Positions 19,331 to 28,189 of a DNA stretch of 64,000 nucleotides are shown in pieces; position 1 is the stretch's first letter, and every line of letters starts with the position of its first letter. The notes under the pieces are model-generated. The model was not told where the DNA came from. It ran no database searches and was given only the letters and a program-made list of their open reading frames with translations. Position numbers and translations under genes: made by a program. This stretch comes from Candidatus Calescibacterium sp. (GTDB lineage: Bacteria; Calescibacteriota; Calescibacteriia; Calescibacteriales; Calescibacteriaceae). The stretch covers positions 138,001 through 202,000 of the forward strand of contig JANXBU010000003.1 in NCBI GenBank assembly GCA_025060505.1, written 5' to 3'.

Positions 19331-20494
19331 CTAATCTATATTAAACATAGCTTGTAAATAAAAGATGTTCTGGGGCAATCTTTTTTCTCCGAAATTTCCA
19401 GTCCACTGTATTCTGAGCTTTGTAAAATACACGGGTATGAAATCGAAGGAGATTGAAAGTTCAATTACTTGTGGTTGGCTTGTCATAATTCCTCCTTCTT
19501 CTCTATTTCTTGGTATTCCGAATATTTCTGGTCTTATGTTTGCTCTGAAAAACTCAATTGGTCTTACTGAGAATTCTGTGAAAAGTCCTCCTTCGATATC
19601 AAGTATTGTGGGTCTCATAATTCTTCCTAATATGTATCCAATTTTAACGGAGAAAAATGGATTGAAGTTGAAGAACGCATCTCCTCCGAAGAATTCTGAA
19701 TTGTTATCAGAAACGATGGAGTTCCCTTTTAGAGATAATCTTTGTGATGTATTGTTTTTACCAACAGACCAAAAAAGCCCAAATCCTCCATTTGTTCTAT
19801 CGTCTCCAAATTGATTTCTTATGGATATAAGTCCAACTACGTCTGCTGAGCCCTTTGAGTTCCAAGGTTTTTCTGAACCATCAAATATCTGTCCAATTAT
19901 TTCAAGCGTCCAGGGCAGAGGTGGAGTGAAAGAGAATTCAAACCCTTCGTCCAAAAATCCATCGTATCCAAAGAACCTGCGTATTGTCAGGGGTCTTTCT
20001 GTGAAATTTCTTTCCCAAAAGCTTTCAGAATTTGAGTTCCCTATTTTCGCAAATATTCTTCCAAGAGTCAGTCTTATAAGAGGCAGACCTCTTGTTGACA
20101 CAAATGTTTCTCTTATTCTTATAATTCCTTGGTCTTGCGGGGTTTCGGAGTTGAGGAATTCTGGCATTGCGGAATTTTCTTCTTCTATTCTTTCTGTTAA
20201 TAGTGATATGTTGTAGGGGTTTATGTCGAGTTCTCCCTTAGCATAAAAAAAGCCTCTACCAAATTCTCCTCTTGTAATCAGGTTTCTTACGGAAAATCCT
20301 GTTAAGTTGTTTTTTCCTATGAACGAAAAGAAGAAAGCATTTCCAAGGAAAGATACCCTTATATCTTGTGCTTCTGCTTTTTTGGTGTTTTGCGATGTTA
20401 TCAGCAATGCGATTATTGTTGAAAACAGAATTTTCGCTAGACTTTTGAACTTTTTATTCACTATATCGTATTTTAAAAATTTTTGTGAATTCAT
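19331..20494 (-). CDS. putative outer-membrane beta-barrel protein
   Basis: Signal peptide ending KKAEAQ. Alternating aromatic/Gly-rich strands throughout. 5-nt gap to the downstream gene. Confidence 0.45.
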   Translation of the reverse strand: MNSQKFLKYDIVNKKFKSLAKILFSTIIALLITSQNTKKAEAQDIRVSFLGNAFFFSFIGKNNLTGFSVRNLITRGEFGRGFFYAKGELDINPYNISLLTERIEEENSAMPEFLNSETPQDQGIIRIRETFVSTRGLPLIRLTLGRIFAKIGNSNSESFWERNFTERPLTIRRFFGYDGFLDEGFEFSFTPPLPWTLEIIGQIFDGSEKPWNSKGSADVVGLISIRNQFGDDRTNGGFGLFWSVGKNNTSQRLSLKGNSIVSDNNSEFFGGDAFFNFNPFFSVKIGYILGRIMRPTILDIEGGLFTEFSVRPIEFFRANIRPEIFGIPRNREEGGIMTSQPQVIELSISFDFIPVYFTKLRIQWTGNFGEKRLPQNIFYLQAMFNID

Positions 20495-20579
20495 TTTGTT
20501 TGAAATTATCGGAAATTGTTTTCTAATTTTTTATTCACATATTTGTTTTTTACGTCAAGAATTTTTATGATTTCTGTAA

Positions 20580-21113
20580 ATGTCTTTTGTAATATGGCTT
20601 ACTGGCCTTCCGTGTTCTGGAAAAACTACAATAGCTCAGAATTTGTATAGATATTTTAAATCTAAGAATCGGAAGGTTGAAGTTATAGATGGAGATGTTA
20701 TAAGACAGTATATATCAAAGGGTTTGGGTTTTTCGCGAGAGGATAGGTTTGAAAACATAAGGCGAGTAAGTTTTCTTGCAAATATACTTTCAAGAAATGA
20801 TGTTATTGCCATAGTCGCTGTTATATCTCCGTATAGAGAGATGCGCAAGATGGCAAGAGATATGGTGGAGTCTCCATTTGTTGAGGTTTTTGTCAATGCT
20901 CCGATTGAAGTATGTAAGCAGAGAGATGTAAAGGGTATGTATAAAAAAGCAGAGATGGGTCAGATCAAGGGATTTACAGGTGTGGATGATCCATACGAGC
21001 CACCGGAGAATCCAGAAGTTGAATGCAGAACGTATATCGAAACTGTTGAACAAAGCACAAATAAAATAATAGATTTTGTCAAGAGGATGGGATACTATAA
21101 GGAAGATGTATGA
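20580..21113 (+). CDS. cysC: adenylylsulfate (APS) kinase
   Basis: WLTGLPCSGKTT P-loop, IDGDVIR, FSREDR and ISPYRE. Confidence 0.9.
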   Translation: MSFVIWLTGLPCSGKTTIAQNLYRYFKSKNRKVEVIDGDVIRQYISKGLGFSREDRFENIRRVSFLANILSRNDVIAIVAVISPYREMRKMARDMVESPFVEVFVNAPIEVCKQRDVKGMYKKAEMGQIKGFTGVDDPYEPPENPEVECRTYIETVEQSTNKIIDFVKRMGYYKEDV

Positions 21114-21157
21114 GATATCAAGTACGGTATATTATAAAATATCTCTGATTTTTCACC

Positions 21158-21193
21158 GTTGTTTCAAATTTCATAGTTGTTTCAAATTTCATA
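21158..21193. repeat. perfect 18-nt tandem duplication (GTTGTTTCAAATTTCATA, 2 copies), 45 nt downstream of cysC
   Basis: Read directly from the sequence. Confidence 0.9.
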
Positions 21194-21277
21194 AGTTTTT
21201 CTAAAATATTGCTGGATTTGTGGATTATTGTTATTTTTTAATCAAGCATCGTAATTTTAGTTTTTGCATGGGGTGGT

Positions 21278-21784
21278 ATGCATAAACAGAAAATGATTTC
21301 TGTTATAGAAAAAATTATAGAGTTTCTTTCCTCATCGGATGAACTTAATAACAACAAATTTAAGAACATTTTACGGAGCAGGGTATCTGAAAATTTAACG
21401 AAGATTTTATATCTTTCTTTATCTTTGGTTCATACTTTGCCTGTTGGTATTTCTGTAAAGTTGATTTCTCTTCCAGCTGATGTTATTGTTTCCCTTATTC
21501 TTGTTTGCTATCAGGTTGTTTATTTTGCAAAGAAGAACAACATTGATATAAAGAAAGACAAACGAAAGATAGCCGAAATAGTATTTGAGTATATGCTTCC
21601 GCATATTTTGAAAAATTCATTGAGTTTAAAGAAGATATGGAGAAGAAAGTTAAAAATGAGAAACTTACCATTTATTGTCAAGGATATTTTTAACAGATTA
21701 AAGTTTATGGAAGAATTTGAGCAAATGCTTCTTGAAGCATATCATGGTAAACGCGAAAAACATGGTTCATCTGAAAATATCTGA
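21278..21784 (+). CDS. hypothetical protein (one or two TM segments)
   Basis: ORF only; no motif recognised. Confidence 0.4.
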   Translation: MHKQKMISVIEKIIEFLSSSDELNNNKFKNILRSRVSENLTKILYLSLSLVHTLPVGISVKLISLPADVIVSLILVCYQVVYFAKKNNIDIKKDKRKIAEIVFEYMLPHILKNSLSLKKIWRRKLKMRNLPFIVKDIFNRLKFMEEFEQMLLEAYHGKREKHGSSENI

Positions 21785-22196
21785 GGCTGTTGAGATAAGG
21801 AAGGCAGAATTCAAAGATATACCTTGTGTTATTGAGATCGAGAGGGAATCGTTTGATGATCCATGGCCGGAGCAAGCTTTCTTCTCTTGCATTGAAAATA
21901 CTTTCGTTGCACAAATCAACGGTAAAATAGTTGGATACATCATTATATCAAAAGTTCTTGATGAAGTCAATATAGACAATATAGCTGTAAAGAAAGAATA
22001 CAGGAGGAACAAGATTGGTTCTTTGCTTATGAATTTTGTTTTGCAAAATAATCCTGGTTGTTCCTTTTTCCTTGAAGTAAGACCATCTAATGTTTCTGCC
22101 ATAAGCTTCTATAAAAAGTTTGGTTTCAGAGAGATATACAGAAGAAAGAATTACTACCGGAATGAGGACGCAATAGTTATGGCAAGATATAGCTGA
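21762..22196 (+). CDS. rimI: GNAT N-acetyltransferase, RimI-like
   Basis: IERESFDDPW, and an acetyl-CoA loop RRNKIGSLLMNF. Start placed at the third Met of tracked ORF 21717, so the start is uncertain. Confidence 0.7.
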   Translation: MVHLKISEAVEIRKAEFKDIPCVIEIERESFDDPWPEQAFFSCIENTFVAQINGKIVGYIIISKVLDEVNIDNIAVKKEYRRNKIGSLLMNFVLQNNPGCSFFLEVRPSNVSAISFYKKFGFREIYRRKNYYRNEDAIVMARYS

Positions 22197-22266
22197 ACAA
22201 TTTTTTGAGTTGCTTCTGAGTTTTTTCGTTACTATAGTTTTTGTTAGAGTTTTTCTGAGATTCTTT

Positions 22267-22304
22267 TTGTTCTATATTTTATCTATTGTTCTATATTTTA
22301 TCTA
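22267..22304. repeat. perfect 19-nt tandem duplication (TTGTTCTATATTTTATCTA, 2 copies) spanning the ferredoxin stop codon
   Basis: Read directly from the sequence. Copy 2 contains the stop at 22298-22300 and the last sense codon plus 1 nt of the preceding one. Confidence 0.9.
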
Positions 22305-22579
22305 GCTACTTCTTGTTTCTTTCTCTTGTAGTATTCTGCGTTCTTTTCTATAAAACTTCTCCATTTTTCGGGTAGAGATGACTCAGGAAATATAGCATTT
22401 ACGGGACATACAGGTTCGCAAGCTCCGCAGTCTATACATTCTTGCGGATCTATATAAAGTTGCTCCTCTTTTTCAAATTCTGCTTCATCCTTTTTCGGAT
22501 GAATACAATCAACAGGACATACCTCGGTACATGCTGTATCCTTTACTCCAATGCATGGTTCCGCGATTATGTAAGCCAT
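22298..22579 (-). CDS. ferredoxin (4Fe-4S/3Fe-4S, FdxA-like)
   Basis: AEPCIGVKDTACTEVCPVDCIH and CIDCGACEPVCPVNAI. Confidence 0.9.
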   Translation of the reverse strand: MAYIIAEPCIGVKDTACTEVCPVDCIHPKKDEAEFEKEEQLYIDPQECIDCGACEPVCPVNAIFPESSLPEKWRSFIEKNAEYYKRKKQEVAR

Positions 22580-22746
22580 CTGCTCTAATTACCTCCTTCA
22601 ATGAATTATTATTTGATATGTATTTTTATGTTTTTTTTACAGAAATTCTCTTATTTGATTTATAGTTTGCAAAAACTTTGATTTTTTGGATTGTTTTGAA
22701 TATTTTGTAAAATTTTAATTTTGCAAAATTCTAATCTTCCTGAATT

Positions 22747-23709
22747 GTGTCTTCTCTGAAGAAAATGTTTCAAGAAGCTCTTGATATATCAAGGGAAGGA
22801 CTTGGAAAGTTCTATCCAGCTTGTGCTGTTGGTATTGGAGATTTTTATGGTCTATATGAGAAATATTTTGAGTGCGCTGATAATTCATTTTTTGATGTTG
22901 CATCTATAACAAAGCCTATTGTTGGGAGTAATTTGGTACTTAAATTAGATCTATTGAACAATGAAGTTGCTGAACTCTTACCAGAACCAAAGTTTGATTA
23001 TGACAGAAAAATGAAAATAAAAGTTGCAGATATACTGAAGCATAGCGCAGGTTTTGTTGCTCACTATCCTTTGTTTGAATCTGTTGAGAATATGGAACCG
23101 AGTTATCAAACACGTAGTATTATTATGAACGAAGCTTGGAATCTGCAACTTGGAGAAGGAAACACAATAGTGTACAGCGATATTGGCTTTATAGTTCTTA
23201 CATATTACATCGAGAACAAAGCAAAAAAGAGAGTAGATGAACTTTTTTACAGCTATATGAATTTCAGAGATATGTTTTATCTCAAAGACATATCAGATAA
23301 ATCAAAAGTTGTTCCAACATCTTATACAACAAGAGTTCATGATGAAAATTCTTACTACATGATGGGAGTTTCACTTCATGCTGGACTTTTTTCTAATATC
23401 ACAGGATTAGCAGAAGCTATAAGGTATATAATACAGAATTTCAAGGAGATGTTTTTGGAAAAGGGTATGAATGAGATACATGGAGGAGAAAGATTCTTTT
23501 TGGGTTTTGATTCATTTGTACATAATGGTAAGATACTCTTTGGACACCTTGGTTTTACAGGTTGTGGATTTTGGATTGATTTTCAGAGTGAAACTTATGC
23601 TATATTTCTTTCAAATAGAGTTTTTCCTTCAACAGGTAGAAACCCATCTCAGGCACCAGAGGGTTTTATGAAAATAAGAAAGAGAATATGGCAACTTTTG
23701 TGTGAGTAG
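22747..23709 (+). CDS. serine hydrolase of the beta-lactamase/transpeptidase-like fold
   Basis: SxxK motif ASITKP, YSD, and HLGFTG near the C-terminus. GTG start, or ATG at 22765. Confidence 0.7.
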   Translation: MSSLKKMFQEALDISREGLGKFYPACAVGIGDFYGLYEKYFECADNSFFDVASITKPIVGSNLVLKLDLLNNEVAELLPEPKFDYDRKMKIKVADILKHSAGFVAHYPLFESVENMEPSYQTRSIIMNEAWNLQLGEGNTIVYSDIGFIVLTYYIENKAKKRVDELFYSYMNFRDMFYLKDISDKSKVVPTSYTTRVHDENSYYMMGVSLHAGLFSNITGLAEAIRYIIQNFKEMFLEKGMNEIHGGERFFLGFDSFVHNGKILFGHLGFTGCGFWIDFQSETYAIFLSNRVFPSTGRNPSQAPEGFMKIRKRIWQLLCE

Positions 23710-23755
23710 AAAATCTCTTAATTTCTTCATGTGATTTTAGAGAAGCAGTTTGAGA

Positions 23756-24322
23756 TTAATTTTTTGAAATTGCTTCTTTTATTACTCTTTTTATCTCTTC
23801 AAAGGCTTTTTCAAGATTATCATTTACTATAACATAATCAAACATGTGCGCTTTGCTGATTTCATCAATAGCTCTTTGAAGTCTCTTTTCGGCATCTTTT
23901 GTATCTTTTCTCATAATTATTCTTCTTTTGAGTTCTTCTATACTTGGAGGTTTTATGAATATAAGAAAAGATTCTTTGCCAAGTTTTTCTTTTATAGATT
24001 GAGCCCCTTGTACGTCTACATCAAGCAGAAGGATCTTTTTATCTTCAGTGGCTTTTTGGATATTTGATTTTGGCGTTCCATAAAAATTTCCGTGTACCAA
24101 AGCCCATTCAAGAAATTCGTCGTTTTTTATCATATTCTCAAACTTCTCTCTTGATACGAAAAAGTAATCCTTACCTTCAATTTCGTTCTTTCTTTTTTCT
24201 CTTGTTGTAAAAGATACGGAAAACATAAGTTTATCTTTCAGATCAGCGTCAGATAATATCTTGTTTATCAGGGTTGTTTTGCCAACGCCAGATGGTCCAG
24301 ATACAACAATAGCTTTGAGCAT
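23756..24322 (-). CDS. gmk: guanylate kinase
   Basis: GPSGVGKTT, TTREKRKNEIEGKDYFFVS and DVQGA. Confidence 0.9.
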   Translation of the reverse strand: MLKAIVVSGPSGVGKTTLINKILSDADLKDKLMFSVSFTTREKRKNEIEGKDYFFVSREKFENMIKNDEFLEWALVHGNFYGTPKSNIQKATEDKKILLLDVDVQGAQSIKEKLGKESFLIFIKPPSIEELKRRIIMRKDTKDAEKRLQRAIDEISKAHMFDYVIVNDNLEKAFEEIKRVIKEAISKN

Positions 24323-24328
24323 GTTTTT

Positions 24329-25504
24329 TTATGTTGATAAGAAATCAGATGAAAAATCCTGTGTCATAATTTCGTTCTTAAGACTTCTTTTTTCTTGTGA
24401 TTTTTTTACTTCTTCTTCTATGATCTTTTTTATTGAGTGGAAGTTTGGTTCAACAATTATCTCTTTTGTTTTGATGAAATCAAGTACTGCTTGTGGATCT
24501 TTCAGTCCGTTTCCTGTTAGCGTGCATACCACAACGCAATCTTTTGATAATCTTCTGTTTTTTGCAAGTTTTATCAATCCCGCAACAGATGCAGATGAAG
24601 AGAGCTCGCAAAATATACCTTCACATTGACTAAGTATTCTGTAAGATTTTATAATTTCATCATCTTCGACTGAATCAATTACTCCATCTGATTCTTCCTT
24701 TGCAAGCTTAGCTTTTTCCCAGTTTACTGGATTCCCTATTCTTATTGCTGAAGCTACAGTTTTTGGATCTTTGATAGGATGTCCTTTAACTATTGGAGAT
24801 GCTCCGGCTGCTTGAATTCCGCACATTTTGGGAAGGTTTTTTATCTTTTTGATTTCAAAGTATTCTTTGTATCCTAACCAGTATGCATATATGTTTGCTG
24901 CGTTTCCAACCGGAAGAAAGTGGTAGTCTGGGGCATATCCTAGAAAATCGCATATTTCAAACGATGCAGTTTTTTGTCCCTGGATTCTCCAAGGATTTAT
25001 GGAATTTACGATAAACAATCCAAAATCATCGGCTATTTTTTTAACTATGTTCATAGCATCGTCAAAGTTTCCTTTTATTTTTATGATTTTTGCACCATAG
25101 GCTATTGCTTGAACTAACTTCCCGAGAGTTATCCCTTTTTCTGGAACGACAACGAAGACAGGGATTCCAGCTCTTGCCCCGTATGCGGCCGCGGAGGCTG
25201 AGGTATTACCTGTTGAAGCACATATTAGTGCCTTTGAATTTATATCTCTTGCACGGGTAACTGCGACTGTCATCCCCCTGTCTTTGAATGATGCTGTTGG
25301 ATTGAGTCCCTCATACTTAAAGTATATTTTTCCGGAAAATCCAATTTCACGCAACTCTCTCTGTAAAAATACGGATTCTATAAGTGGTGTGTTGCCTTCA
25401 TGTAGGGTAATATAAGGAGCTTTAAGACTATCGGAGCCTACTTTTATAAAATCCCTATATCTTTGAATAACTCCCTTCCAAGCTAGATTATTACTATCGT
25501 CCAC
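24329..25504 (-). CDS. thrC: threonine synthase
   Basis: HEGNTPLIE, PLP-lysine SFKDRGMT and STGNTSASAAAY. GTG start. About 40 aa of extra C-terminal tail. Confidence 0.9.
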   Translation of the reverse strand: MDDSNNLAWKGVIQRYRDFIKVGSDSLKAPYITLHEGNTPLIESVFLQRELREIGFSGKIYFKYEGLNPTASFKDRGMTVAVTRARDINSKALICASTGNTSASAAAYGARAGIPVFVVVPEKGITLGKLVQAIAYGAKIIKIKGNFDDAMNIVKKIADDFGLFIVNSINPWRIQGQKTASFEICDFLGYAPDYHFLPVGNAANIYAYWLGYKEYFEIKKIKNLPKMCGIQAAGASPIVKGHPIKDPKTVASAIRIGNPVNWEKAKLAKEESDGVIDSVEDDEIIKSYRILSQCEGIFCELSSSASVAGLIKLAKNRRLSKDCVVVCTLTGNGLKDPQAVLDFIKTKEIIVEPNFHSIKKIIEEEVKKSQEKRSLKNEIMTQDFSSDFLST

Positions 25505-25597
25505 GGAGTGTCAAATATAATATTCCTTTACACTAAAGAAAATTTCAAATATTCCGAAAAAGTTTATATACATACACGGAAGGTCACCTTTCTTGCA

Positions 25598-25627
25598 GAA
25601 GCGGTTTGGGTTCCTGCCCACCGCTTC
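25598..25627 (-). other. GC-rich stem-loop in the 226-nt thrC leader (candidate structured RNA or regulatory element)
   Basis: GAAGCGGT / ACCGCTTC arms plus an inner GGG/CCC pairing. It is the only GC island in an otherwise AT-rich spacer, and no U-tract follows on either strand. Confidence 0.3.
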
Positions 25628-25730
25628 AAAATCTACAAAAATATAGAAAAATATTCAAAGCTACGAAAAAAGATTCAGGTTCATAATTTTTGAGATTCTA
25701 GTTGTATTTTTCTTGTTGATTTACTTGAAT

Positions 25731-26675
25731 TTACATAACTATTCCTATTTTACCGTCTTTTGTATTCATACTTTCTATTGCTTTGTGTATTTCTTCAAGT
25801 TTGAACTTCCGCCAGACTTTGACTTTTAGTTTTCTAGCGATTGAAATAAGTTCAATCATCTCTTTGCGAGACCCACCTGTTGCACCTAAAATACTAAGCT
25901 CTTTTGAATAAAGTTCAAAAATGTCGAAAGAAACCGTTCTTCCTGTAAGAACTCCAAAGGTTATGAATCTTCCTCCTTTTTTTAGAAGTTTTATAGAATG
26001 TTCAAAGGTTTTCTCTCCAAGTGGATCTACGACCACATCAAAGTATCCTTTAAATCTGCTGATTTGCTCAAATGGAATTAGCTCATCTGCACCGAGTTCT
26101 TTGAGCCAATCTGCTTTTCTTCTGGAAAATGCAAAGACCTCTGCACCTTTGAGTTTTGCTATTTGAACAGAGAACATACCTGTGTTTCCTGTTGCACCAA
26201 TCACAGCAACTCTGCTACCGAGATTTACATTTTTCAGAGCGTGATACGCAGTCAGAGCTCCAACAGGTAAGCTTGATGCAAGCTCTTGAGAAATATCTGA
26301 GTCAATTTGGAAAATATTTTTCTCCGGAACCAAACAGAATTCGCAAAATCCACCGTTAGTTGAGACTCCGAATATCTCCCCGGTACACAACATTTCTCTT
26401 TCAGAAAAACAGTGTTCGCAATTACCGCAGAAGAGGCGAGGATAAACTATAACTCTTTTGCCTTTATGAGTTCCTTCAATAACTTCTCCGTATATTTCAA
26501 CTCCGGGTATGTGTGGAATTGGTTTTACATCTCTTTTCCCCATTATGGTGAATATATCTATTGGATTTAGTGTAGCTTCTATTACTCTTACAATGGAGAA
26601 TCCTTCTTTTGGTCTGGGTTCTTCAATATTTACTACTTCAATTTTGCCGAAGTTCTCAAAAACTACCGACTTCAT
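25731..26675 (-). CDS. zinc-type medium-chain alcohol dehydrogenase/reductase
   Basis: PHIPGVEIYGEV, CGNCEHC and GATGNTG Rossmann loop. Confidence 0.8.
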   Translation of the reverse strand: MKSVVFENFGKIEVVNIEEPRPKEGFSIVRVIEATLNPIDIFTIMGKRDVKPIPHIPGVEIYGEVIEGTHKGKRVIVYPRLFCGNCEHCFSEREMLCTGEIFGVSTNGGFCEFCLVPEKNIFQIDSDISQELASSLPVGALTAYHALKNVNLGSRVAVIGATGNTGMFSVQIAKLKGAEVFAFSRRKADWLKELGADELIPFEQISRFKGYFDVVVDPLGEKTFEHSIKLLKKGGRFITFGVLTGRTVSFDIFELYSKELSILGATGGSRKEMIELISIARKLKVKVWRKFKLEEIHKAIESMNTKDGKIGIVM

Positions 26676-26821
26676 AGTAAGAAATTTTATTCATTATGAT
26701 TGTTTTGGGCTCGTTAGTGTAAGTATGTGTCATTTTTTGGAAGAAATTGCAACTTTGGTCATAACAAAAAATTTAAGATACATAACTGATTGTAATCGGC
26801 GAATGCTTTGAGACAAAGTAG

Positions 26822-27619
26822 CTACAAAGAAGATATACTTGGCTGAGATATTCTTCCTTGTAATTTGAATTTCTGCGCTGGTAGGTTTATTATCTTCGTT
26901 TTTACATCCAAGACTAAATCTAATTCTGAGTTCATAAGTTCTTTTTTGAGATTAATTTTCCCCGTTATTGTACCTTCTATATCTCCTCCTTTGCTTTGGA
27001 ATTTTATTATACGCAGAACTCCGGATTCGATATTTCCTATGAATTCTGTTTCACCTAAGGTTATTTCACCTTCAAATAATTGCCATCCGCTTATTTCAAA
27101 GGTCAGCTTATTTGAGAAAATCTCTATTTTACCGAATGATTTTTCTATTTCTGAAATTTGGTCTAGATCTATGTTCAAGAAAACTTCTCCTTTGCCTCTG
27201 AATTTATCAAGAGGTATTTCATATAGCTCTATTTTTCCTTTTATATTTATTGAGTCTATGTTGAAGTTTTGCTCCTTTTTGATTAGGCTGAGCCAAGTTT
27301 TCAGATCAGTTCCAGATGATACTGCAGAAATTTTTAGGTCAGCTTTCCCGAAGGGAAATGTGAATGGAAGAAGTAATGAGGGATATAATTGCACATATGA
27401 GAATTTTGCTGTTTTGTTATCTGTAATTTTAAGATCTACGCCGGAGAAATAAAGTCCGAATGGAAAAATCAGATCTATTTTATCAATCCTGACTATATCT
27501 TGGTTTACATTTATGAGTTTCTTTACGAGATCTGATGGAAAGAAGAAATATATTCCGGCAAATACTCCAAGAAAAAAAAGGGAGACATAGAAAAGAATTT
27601 TTTTGAATTTTTTGAGCAT
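26822..27619 (-). CDS. N-terminally anchored hypothetical protein (possibly GspN-like)
   Basis: Single N-terminal TM helix, then beta-rich sequence. The GspN guess comes from size and layout only. Confidence 0.4.
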   Translation of the reverse strand: MLKKFKKILFYVSLFFLGVFAGIYFFFPSDLVKKLINVNQDIVRIDKIDLIFPFGLYFSGVDLKITDNKTAKFSYVQLYPSLLLPFTFPFGKADLKISAVSSGTDLKTWLSLIKKEQNFNIDSINIKGKIELYEIPLDKFRGKGEVFLNIDLDQISEIEKSFGKIEIFSNKLTFEISGWQLFEGEITLGETEFIGNIESGVLRIIKFQSKGGDIEGTITGKINLKKELMNSELDLVLDVKTKIINLPAQKFKLQGRISQPSISSL

Positions 27620-27757
27620 CTCTAATTTCTTATCAAGTTTAATTTCCTGTCAGTATATTACAATAAGTTTAATTTTCTGGTTCAATCAGAGCCAAAAATG
27701 CAGGGCAATTCTTTAAAATTGCAAAAGCTTCAAAATGATATATAAAATTTAAAAAAG

Positions 27758-28084
27758 ATGTCAAAAAAGATAGAAGATATATCTTCATCTGTTTCATTTG
27801 TTCTTAAAGAATATGATAGGGATATATGGGCTTGTGTTGAGATTATGAAAAATTGGAGGATGATAGGAGGAAAGACTAAGCCGAAGAGTTTGACTCTGAA
27901 AAACGGAGTTTTGAGAATAAGCACTTATGACTCTGCTTTGAGAAATTTTATAAGTATCAGTGAGCAGAAGATAATTCACAAAATAAACAAAGAAATTCTG
28001 AAAGAAGATATTGTAAAGAAGTTAGAGGTTTTTGGAGTTCAGGTTCCAATATACAAAAGATTTTCTACGAAGCTGAATAAATAA
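27758..28084 (+). CDS. DUF721/DciA-like protein
   Basis: WxxIvG...L..G.L.I pattern: NWRMIGGKTKPKSLTLKNGVLRISTYDSALRNFI. Confidence 0.5.
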   Translation: MSKKIEDISSSVSFVLKEYDRDIWACVEIMKNWRMIGGKTKPKSLTLKNGVLRISTYDSALRNFISISEQKIIHKINKEILKEDIVKKLEVFGVQVPIYKRFSTKLNK

Positions 28085-28189
28085 CTAGATGCAAATAATT
28101 TGAAAAATATATAATCTGAACTATATAAATTATTTGGTAGTTATTATATTTTTTTAATACTGAGGTTATTACACAAATAAATTAGGATT

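Noticed and set aside
25598-25627. GC-rich hairpin considered as an intrinsic terminator of the upstream dehydrogenase gene
   Set aside because: No U-tract follows the stem on the minus strand, and none follows on the plus strand. It is kept only as an unexplained structured element.
26865-27452. Long antisense ORFs in the track: 26865-27452; also 19365-19814, 19821-20216, 18538-18906, 12954-13289, 3263-3721, 48854-49264, 44424-44723 and 31662-32003
   Set aside because: Each lies opposite a gene with clear motifs or plausible membrane/secretion features. Each has the S/F/L/I-rich low-complexity composition typical of shadow frames in AT-rich DNA.
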